A stretch of DNA of 62,974 bases, the filler included. It is 10 parts of 10 records of this genome, joined end to end, with 100 filler letters (N's around TTAATTAATTAA, not from the genome) between each part and the next. Parts side by side here need not be neighbours in the genome. Positions count along the whole stretch, not along the records: positions 5,623 to 15,706 come from SRR15195285_1004; positions 15,807 to 19,625 come from SRR15195285_1008; positions 19,726 to 23,230 come from SRR15195285_1010; 7 more parts are not named here. One strand, given 5' to 3'. Shown here piece by piece: positions 11,569 through 20,304 of the stretch. The first letter of the stretch is position 1. The number at the start of each line of letters is the position of its first letter. The translations under genes and the position numbers were made by a program. Under the pieces are notes generated by a model. The model searched no databases. It saw nothing but the letters and a program-made list of their open reading frames with translations, and was not told the DNA's origin.

Positions 11569-13874
11569 ATGGGTAGCGCCGAGCAGCCCAACGTGCTGCT
11601 GGTGATGTCTGACGAGCATGCGCCACAGTACAGCTCAGTCTACGGACACCCTCTCGTCGTGCGTGACTGTGACCTCGTCGTCCAGCGAGTCCTTTGACTG
11701 TCACATGTAGATCAGTGCAATGCACATAATACACCTGCTGTAGCCACTCGTTTGACTAGGTGGACACGCAGCGCAGTTAGCAAGAGCGCTATAGGTGGCG
11801 TGTAGACGCATAGTGAGCACTGGAGTTGTTGCGTTTGCGACGTCAGACTTCTCTATCACGTCGCGTGCGCGCGTGCTGGTGGCATACAGAGAACGCCCAA
11901 TATGGAGCGGCTGGCGGCATTAGGGGCAACATTCGAGAACGCCTACTGCAACTCGCCACTGTGCCTTCCTTCACGGATGAGTACGCCTGCTAGCCTCAAT
12001 GTGGTTTAGCTGACTACTGATCATGACCGGTCATTGTGGTGGGGCGCTGGGTGCAGGCTTTATGACTGGGAGACTTGGGAGCCGAGTGGCCTCGTACGAC
12101 AACGCGTCCCCACTGCCTAGCGACGCATTGACCTGGGCACACCGTTTTCGTGCCGCTGGGTATGATGTCGCACTGGCGGGCAAGATGCACTACTGTGGGC
12201 CCGATCAGCTACATGGGTTTAGCGCAAATCTCTCTCGCGACATCCACGCTGAGCTGTGGATGGAAGATGGCCCAGCATTTGTGCCAAAAGGTGCCGCAGA
12301 CTGGGTCGCTGGGATCGACGAAAGCGATCCGAAAGGCAACTGGCACATTGCTGAGCAGGCCGGCCCAGGGTCTACAGAGGAAATCGAGGTGGACGACGAT
12401 GTGGAGGCGCAAAGCCTTGCGTATCTCACCGACCCTGCGCGGAAACAAGCACCATGGGTCCTCAACGCCTCGTTCATAGCTCCCCATTTCCCACTCATTA
12501 CTCCACAAGAATACTGGGAAACGTATCCGAATGATGAGATCGACCTCCCATCCACGGCGTTTGAACCGCTGGATGAGCAGCCACGCACTATCCAGCGTAT
12601 GCGATGTGCATTCAACCTGGCTGGGCAGGCGCCCGAGAGCGTTGTTCGGAATGGACGAGCTGGATACTACAGCATCATTAGCTGGTTTGACGAAAAGCTT
12701 GGTCGCCTACTCGATGCGCTGGAGAGTGAGTTGTGGCATCTGCATAATCATGGTACAATGCTGCGAAGTTGCAAAAACAGAAACGACTAGTCCAAACAGT
12801 ATGTTCACAATTAGCTGAGTTCTGCAAATGGATTCCTGATCAGCGTTGTCCCACTCAGGCACAGGGCAGATGGACAACACGATTATCGTGTATGTCTCCG
12901 ATCACGGAGAAATGGCTGGAGAGCATGGGATGTGGAGGAAAAGCAACATGTACGAGGCCAGCGCAAGAGTTCCACTACAGATTGCTTGGCCATCCGCTCC
13001 GGATCGGATTCCACCAGGAATTCGCTGTCCTGGTGCGTTCTGCGTGTTCTTGCGAGCAGCTACGACTATATGCCACAGGTTCAAAATTCTCTGTTTCGTG
13101 CTCAAAATGCTCCGTTTTTCCTGACCTCCAGCCTGAGAATCTCTGGCTGAGAGCATCCATTTCGCAATGACTCACCTGCACACCACTGCGTACGATCGTG
13201 GCTGTCGACAGGTGTGTGCTCTACCATCGACCTAGTTGCTACACTTCTCGATCTCTGTAATATACCCGATGTCTCCTATCCGGCTGGTCTTCCACTTCCG
13301 CCCCTCGATGGCGATTCCCTCGCCAATGTGATGACAAGCGCTGGTAGTGGAAAAATGAAAACTGACGGCTGGAAAGACGAGGCGCTGTGCGAATACCTGG
13401 CGCATGGGGTGATCTCACCCAACGCGATGCTGCGAGTCGGACGGTATAAGCTATTGTATTCACATGGTGACGCGCCAGTTCTGTGGGATATTGAGTCTGA
13501 CCCGGTGCGTCAAAAGACAGCATATTTCCGAAGCCATCTTGATTCGGACAGAGGCAGGTTACAAAACTGAAAAAATATTTGCTATGGATCAGGATGAAAT
13601 ACACAATTTGGCGGACGATCCCGTGAGTGCTACTCCAGCTGTTTAGTACCACAATGTTCCTAAAGTGACTAGCGCGGGTGTGGTCTGCATTGTGGGGCCC
13701 ACGCAGGCTCATCGTGATACGCTCGCATTTCTACAACGCCGTCTGTCTGAGGTTTGGGGTGATGCCGACGACATTCAAGCGCAGGTGTTGGCATCACAGG
13801 CGGCGCGCCAAGCAATTGCTGCGGCTGCGACCAGCGGGACGGCTGGTATGGCTTCCGCCGGCTCAAGACTATAG
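11569..13874 (+). CDS. Formylglycine-dependent sulfatase, choline-sulfatase (BetC)-like, intron-rich
   Basis: Motifs [32 protein letters not shown] (CxPxR), [51 protein letters not shown] and DPDE.HNLA, with GT-AG introns between these blocks. Confidence 0.9.
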
Positions 13875-13962
13875 GAAGGTGAACTGAACCAGATTGTGTT
13901 CTGAACCAGATTGTGTTAGTCGGGTGTAATGATGTTGACGCACATCCTTGTACGAATACCAA

Positions 13963-14754
13963 CTACCACCCGTGCTTCGAATGGTGCTGTATGCTTCGCT
14001 GGAACGCAGCGGCGGCGGCATCCTGGGAATACTCCATCGCTGGGCCACCGTACTCAGACGGCCTTCCGAGGTTGACCCGTAAAGGCCCAGTCCGCCCTCC
14101 TGGCCCGCGCGCTGTTTGGATCTCTACGACCTCTGTGTACAGCATGTTTTGCATCACCATATTGAGGATGCCTTCGACCGTGAACTCTGGCTTCCACGCC
14201 CCAGGGCTCCCACCGTTTGTTAATGCCTCGATGCAAACGCTCCCGCCAGCAGTTACATGTCCAGTGTACATTACCATTCGTGGAGATACGACTCGCAAGA
14301 AGAACGGTGCAGCTGGGTAGTTTGGTGGAAACGTAGCCTCCATGATAATGTGCGCGCCGTGCGCGCCCCCGGTGATCGACTGCAGCATCTCCAGGTCGCT
14401 GTTGAGCTGCACGCCGGCAGCAACGTCTGTGTCGAACCCACTGAGCTCCATGCGCCACACGTTCAGGTCTTCATCGTCTGGCAACGACAGGGAGCGCAGT
14501 GCGCCGATGGAGCCCGGGTTCTTCTGCAGTCCCTCGCTGATCGCGCGGAACTCGGCCATGACGCGGCGCAGGCCTTTCTGCTTCATCCACCGGGCAGGCT
14601 GTGGTTGCGCAGCAACAAGCACGCCCAACGCGGACTTGTTCGCATCCTTGTTCGCATCCTCACGGCCCGTAAAGCTTGGAGATGAAACCTTGCCGAGGGC
14701 CTCCACCTCAGTCGCCTCCATGATCTCCTGGACGCTCACTATCGACCTGTCCAT
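13963..14754 (-). CDS. Ubiquitin-conjugating enzyme E2, UBE2Q-like
   Basis: Motifs RRVMAEF, DLNVWRM, FPPNYPAAPFFLRVVSPR, GHVTAGGSVCIEALT (catalytic Cys), WKPEFTVEGIL and YS..AA.AAF.R...H.KHGW. The start could be 14877. Confidence 0.85.
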   Translation of the reverse strand: MDRSIVSVQEIMEATEVEALGKVSSPSFTGREDANKDANKSALGVLVAAQPQPARWMKQKGLRRVMAEFRAISEGLQKNPGSIGALRSLSLPDDEDLNVWRMELSGFDTDVAAGVQLNSDLEMLQSITGGAHGAHIIMEATFPPNYPAAPFFLRVVSPRMVMYTGHVTAGGSVCIEALTNGGSPGAWKPEFTVEGILNMVMQNMLYTEVVEIQTARGPGGRTGPLRVNLGRPSEYGGPAMEYSQDAAAAAFQRSIQHHSKHGW

Positions 14755-15475
14755 CCTCCACCTCGGTGACACGTCCACTCGAACCGCCTGCTGGCGCTTG
14801 CTGGCGCACGCCCAGAGTGATCGCCGTTCGCGTCGTTGAGTCGTAGTCGTAGAATCTCTCTCAGCAACCGATCCCATGGCTGGTAAAGCGCTGCCAGTGG
14901 GGTTGCAGGGCTAACTGACCGTGTTGTGGTTGTGTTCCTGCTGGTTGACACCTCCTCGCTGCGTCGTCAAGAGGCCGAGCGCCCGCCGACGCGCGGTGAC
15001 CTTGTGCTTGCGCGCGATGAAAATTCGAGAGAGCGCACCCGCCGCACCGCCGGGCCGCGACCGGGAGGAGATCCTTCGTTCCCCTAAAAGTAAACCACGA
15101 TGCCGGCATATACATGTAGGACCTACCGGTACCTGGTACTGTATAGGATTCCCATATGATTTACATGTGCACAACAAATCGGGTTACGACGAGATTTCAG
15201 GGTCCGCAACGAATTCAAAAAATGGTCTGCCGGCAGGTGGATGACGAGGGACGGTGGGAATCAGCCCGGTTCAAAGTCTGAAGCGTTCGGCGCGTCCACT
15301 GACCCCAGAAGCTCACTGCGGAATACCGCCCACCCTCAGACCCCTCCACTCGCTGCATTTCCCCCGCCGCATTATTAATGAAATCCCTACTGTTTTGATG
15401 CGTCCGCCGCCGACCGAGAACAACTGAACAACAGGATCCTGTTTTGAACAAGGCAATTCAAAGGAGCCGCGTTCA

Positions 15476-15566
15476 GCCGTTACACAGAGCCGTTACACAG
15501 AGCCGTTACGTAGCGCCGTTACACAGCGCCGTTACATAGAGCCGTTAGGTAGAGCTGTTACATATA
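15476..15566. repeat. Seven tandem 13-bp units GCCGTTAC(A/G)(C/T)AG(A/C)
   Basis: Units start at 15476, 15489, 15502, 15515, 15528, 15541 and 15554. Confidence 0.95.
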
Positions 15567-15606
15567 GAGAGGAGGGGGCGGGGGACGAGGGGCAGGGGGG
15601 CTCAGG

Positions 15607-15706
15607 ATGGACGAGTTTGGGTTTGACGACGCGGCCTTGGCGAGCTTCGACATGGACGCGGTGGTGGCGGCGGCGACAGGAGGAGGAGGAGGAGGAGGAG
15701 GAGGAG
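15607..15706 (+). CDS. N-terminus of an unidentified protein (MDEFGFDDAALASFDMDAVVAAATGGG...), cut by the gap
   Basis: ATG follows a G-rich leader and a coding-like frame runs into a (GGA)n repeat at the contig end. Confidence 0.55.
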
Positions 15707-15806
15707 NNNNNNNNNNNNNNNNNNNNNNNNNNNNNNNNNNNNNNNNNNNNTTAATTAATTAANNNNNNNNNNNNNNNNNNNNNNNNNNNNNNNNNNNNNN
15801 NNNNNN
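15707..15806. other. Artificial contig linker
   Basis: N44-TTAATTAATTAA-N44. Confidence 0.99.
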
Positions 15807-16392
15807 TGTTGTACAAATAGTTGTACTGCCGGACGGTGGCGAGTGCGACGGCTTTCATCTGAGCCTACGTGCTGACCTAAATGATGAAATAAGGATTGAG
15901 GCCGATCGACAGGAAACCACCTGGGCATCAATCTATGTGCGTTTGCGAGGCGGTGGGCTACCAGGTCCAGATAGTGTGGCGATACCTCCTGGTTCGACGA
16001 TTGTGGCCAACTGTGAGCTACAATCGGCCTCTGGGCTTCGACTGAAGCCACCATGATGTGTTTAGAACCTTCTGCATGCGTTCGTTTATAGAGCTGGTCT
16101 CCAACGGCTTAGAGTCTCTCGGCAATCGTTCTTGCAGGTTGCTCCAGGTTTCCACGAGGCGACACACCAAGCTACTCGGTGCGCATGACTGTGGAGGTAG
16201 GGCCGAACACGCCACAGAAGCATGAAGGCGAGGACGGCCAGAATCTACAGTCAGTGAAGACAGTCACGATCGGGGAGTTTTGCTGGACAGGAACATAGTT
16301 CGGGTTGCTGTCATCTGGTAGTATGTAAGGAATCTATACGTGGAAGGGTGACTCTTGCATTGCGAGTCTGCACAAAGTGCTGCATGGCCACG

Positions 16393-19300
16393 TCAGCCCA
16401 TGTGGATCCCAGCATCGCCGCCGCTCGATGCTCGTTCCTCACGCATTCGCTTCGCGGCACCTTCCTCCTCTCCATCGTTGCCCCCAGCCTCGTCTCCTTC
16501 CTCTCGCGAACGTTTGGCGCCTGAAGCATTCTCTAAGGCCGAGTACGAAACGTCGGCGACGCGTGGCCTAACTGGCTCACCAACATCTATGGGATTATCG
16601 GCAGTAGTTGATGTCGTGGGGGCAAAGTCTGCCAAGTCAGGAGGCGCCAAAGCACCATTCGAGTCCTCAGCTGCCGTAGCTGGATTGGCCGGTGATGGCA
16701 TCGTCTCGGTGGCGGCTGTGGTCGACACCATGCTTTCAACAACGCGCTTCACGCCGCTATTGTCGTCATCCTTCTGCTTTTCCTGATCTACAGCTGCAGT
16801 TGCTGGTGTTGCTGCTGATCCCGCGGCCGCATCTGCAGGTTCCGCAACTTCAGCGGCGCTCGACTGACCCTCTGCGACCACATTACTGCCGCTCGCGTCC
16901 TTCTCGTCTTCTTGGGCACTGTCGTCCTGCGCCTTGGTGGCTAGCTCCATCTCTGTGGGCATTGGCCCAGCTGCAGCCTTGAAGATTGGTGACTGAGCAC
17001 TCGCGCTGTCGCCCAGCGACAGCTGCTCGTTCAACCATGCGATACGGTGACTCTCCTTGAATCGTGCAACAGCTTCATCGCTGACCATGTAGTGTGACGG
17101 CAGCACAGAGAGGAAAACATCCATGGAGTGGCTCTTTACACAGAGAATCGACTTCGGGAAACCCTAACGCAGCAGAGTCGGAGTGCATGTGAGAAGAAGC
17201 CCGATGATGATTCTCCCAGACACAAAGCGACGCGACTACCCGTTTATCTCATTGCCTGTCTGTCTATCTCACTCGTGCCTTAGGCTTAATGAATCAGCGA
17301 AGCTGTGCGTACGCACCTTGATGGTGCAATAGGCAACGGCATTTGAGGCCAACAGTCGATCCTTGAGCTCGGAGACAACAACGGAGGCCTCGCGACGCGT
17401 TTCGACGCCAGCAATTAGGCAGACCAGGTCCGCTGCCGAGATCGCTGGAGGGTTCGTCCACTTGACACGCTGGCACGAGACAGTTATCCAGGTCGAAACG
17501 GTGGCACAGGTCAGTAGATGAGGCCAGGATGCAACGGGTGTGCAATAAATCGGAATGGAGCGGAACGCACTAGCCCACATCTGGACCTGCCCCGCTCATA
17601 GCCAAGTTCCTCTGAAGCCGCCAAGTCTTCCGCCTCGCTCATTGCACCTAGCAAAACCCCACGTCGTGGGGACTTAGAGCCAGTCCGACTTCTTGAGCTA
17701 CGAGGTGAATTCGTTGCAGCACCGGCGGCAGCTGTCTCTTCGTCTGGGCCATCGAGAACGAACGCACTCAGGCCGTTCTGACCACTGGCTGCTCTTTGCC
17801 GAGGGCTGGTCGCAACCGGGCTTTGTCTAGAGGAACCCGCATCACCGGCACTCGTATCCTCACTGTCGTCCGGTTGCTCATCTGGCATGTCTTCCTCACC
17901 CTCGTCCACCATGTACATGTCTGCCGAGCGCACCTTCACAGACGTGCCCGAAGCGCGTAGCCGAATGAGATAGTATCCATTTGCCGCCGAGGAGACCTGC
18001 CCGATGCAGCCACCGAAACCTTTGACTCCAGGCTTGAGCCGGACGAACTTTGCTATCCAGGCTTGGGCGGCAGAACCCGAGGACGACCGAGGAGATCGCG
18101 GCGATTTCGGAATGATGAACCGCTCCGAAGCCGCTGGCATGCGGCCAGTTACTGTCCATGACTCAGCTTCTTTGGCGAGGAGCTCTGGCAGTTCGGCAAA
18201 CGTCATAACAGTGTCGCGGAAGCGCTGCTCGTCGCCACACTCTCGGTACTCTTGCACGATCGACAGCGGCAGCAGGCGCAGTACCGCCAGAAGCTCGGTG
18301 AGAGGGACTAGTGGGACGTCGCGGACGCACCGCAACACACTGCCGAGCCTGGTTCGCACGTAATACGCTGCCTTCGTAACAGCAGCCGTCTGCAATCTAC
18401 CGACGATGGAGAGGAAGTCCGTCAACGAGACGTGATGCTTGCCCTCCGGGCCTGCCTTGGTCAGCCGAACCTCGCACTTGAACTTGCGATCCTGACTCAG
18501 GAAGGACAAAGTCGACCAATCGATCGGCAACCCGTCATCTTCTCCATCGCTGCTGGCTACATCCGCTCCACCGGCTCCAGTCGCAACAGGGAGCTTCTGC
18601 CCAAACGCTCGAGCCAGCAGAATCTTGAGGCTGTTGAGCTCACCTTCATCGATGAAGGTTTTGGCCACATCCTCGTTGAAAAACGTCAGCAACGCGTCAA
18701 GGTCACCTATCGACGCGACCGCTTTCGACTTTCCCGGCCCGATGGGATGGTACTTGAGAAGATGCTCGAACTTCGATTTGTGATTCTTGTACTTGTCGTT
18801 CAGCCTGCGCGTGTCTTCCGTGCGCCAGACGATACCGAAGACATCACGCACGTATATGAGCGGTGGTGTGGTCATCGTGACATGCACCTTCCCGGTGAAG
18901 ACCTCATCGTGGCTGTGAAATTCGAGGTAGCATACGTCCGACTGCTCTGTCGGATGCAACGTCGGCACGTCTGCTGGCAGCACCTGGGTGTCATCAACGC
19001 TCGAGACGTCGAAGGTTTCATCATCGGGGTCGGCCGAATAGTCCTGCTCTGGGACGTGGCACGAATTGCAGTTGTCCCACGTGTTCATCTTGCAAACCCA
19101 GCCATCACCTAGTCCGAGCATGGTGCACGGGAACTGCCGCCACTTGTTGCAAGCCTCGCACGCAATCCAGCCCGTCATGCCAGTCAGCTGCCGCCCGACT
19201 CTCACGGCGCGCAGGAATTTTCGGCGCAGCTCGGTCTCCTTCGGCATGGCGACTTCGTAGGTGGCATCGTAGTCGGCGACGAAGTCGGCGATGTCCTTTG

Positions 19301-19499
19301 GCGAGACGTAGGCCCACGAGTTGTCGTCTAGGAACCGCACCGGCACCGTCCCATTGGGAACGGTCTCCATGGCTTCGTCCTCTTCAAACACCTGCGCCGG
19401 CCAGAACGAATAGCCCTTCGCGCGCGCCCACACCACCTGATCGACATCCAGGCTGTTGGCCACCAGGAGCTCCAAGTGGCCGATCTTCGTCGAGCTCAT
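16393..19499 (-). CDS. PWWP-domain + CW-type zinc finger chromatin protein, multi-exon 3' end
   Basis: VVWARAKGYSFWPAQV...VRFLDD..WAYV (PWWP) and WIACEACNKWR...WVCKMNTWDNCNSCHVPEQ (zf-CW). Downstream exons link to the acidic tail in ORF 16393..17124. Confidence 0.85.
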
Positions 19500-19579
19500 C
19501 CCCCCCGACCCCCCTGCCCTCCCGTCCGCACGCCTTGGACCTCGCGCCGGCGCCCTCAGGCTGAGAGGCCGAGAGGCTG

Positions 19580-19625
19580 CCTCTCTCGCTCTCCTTCTCT
19601 CTCCTTCTCTCTCTCTCTCTCTCTC
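19580..19625. repeat. (CT)n-rich microsatellite at contig end, upstream of the PWWP gene
   Basis: Directly visible. Confidence 0.9.
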
Positions 19626-19725
19626 NNNNNNNNNNNNNNNNNNNNNNNNNNNNNNNNNNNNNNNNNNNNTTAATTAATTAANNNNNNNNNNNNNNNNNNN
19701 NNNNNNNNNNNNNNNNNNNNNNNNN
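19626..19725. other. Artificial contig linker
   Basis: N44-TTAATTAATTAA-N44. Confidence 0.99.
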
Positions 19726-19726
19726 A

Positions 19727-19912
19727 GTCAAGGTTTCCATCGAGATCAGGGTGATCGGTTCTCGGATCGATTCCCTGACGGTGATGGCTACAAAGCTGAA
19801 CCAGAAGACGAAAGTGGCGGCAGCCGAAGCAGCCGGCACCGTTATGTGCCCAAACTGCGTCCAGAAGTTCGTCATCGACAAGATGGATGCTGAGGCGCAA
19901 ATGGCACAGTAG
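19727..19912 (+). CDS. 3' end of an unidentified gene with a CxxC motif
   Basis: Frame open from the contig start: VKVSIEIRVIGSRIDSL...VMCPNCVQKFVIDKMDAEAQMAQ*. Confidence 0.45.
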   Translation, partial: VKVSIEIRVIGSRIDSLTVMATKLNQKTKVAAAEAAGTVMCPNCVQKFVIDKMDAEAQMAQ

Positions 19913-20304
19913 AGGGTAGAGTCACGATGCATGTGTGCGCGAACAACGCACGAAAAACACTCCCCCCACCCCCCACCGCGAGCATACAAATTGTGTAGGC
20001 GCCGTTAGGCCGTTCTCTTCGCCTTCGCCGTCGGAAGGGAAGACAAACGCCACTGAAAGCCTCTCTAGGGAGTGATGTAATTGGTGTCTATCAGTAAAGT
20101 TACACTTCAATCAGTGTAGGCGCCCAGCCGGTTTCGAGTGATGGAAAACCACAAGCGCGGAACCGCGCACCCGTTCGGCCCTGGACCGGTTGTTCTATGC
20201 GCCCGCCCAAAACCGTACGGCAGCCACGAAGACAAGTAAGCAAAACAGGATGCATTACACAGCAGAATTATGCTTATAGTAGCACTTCAAACGAAAGCTT
20301 CAGG

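Noticed and set aside
13884-13917. 17-bp tandem duplication CTGAACCAGATTGTGTT between convergent stop codons; similar short duplications near 26575-26612 and 41605-41635
   Set aside because: Ordinary slippage duplications in UTR or intron sequence.
15476-15566. Possible CRISPR array
   Set aside because: 13-bp units with no unique spacers, no cas genes, and a eukaryotic context.
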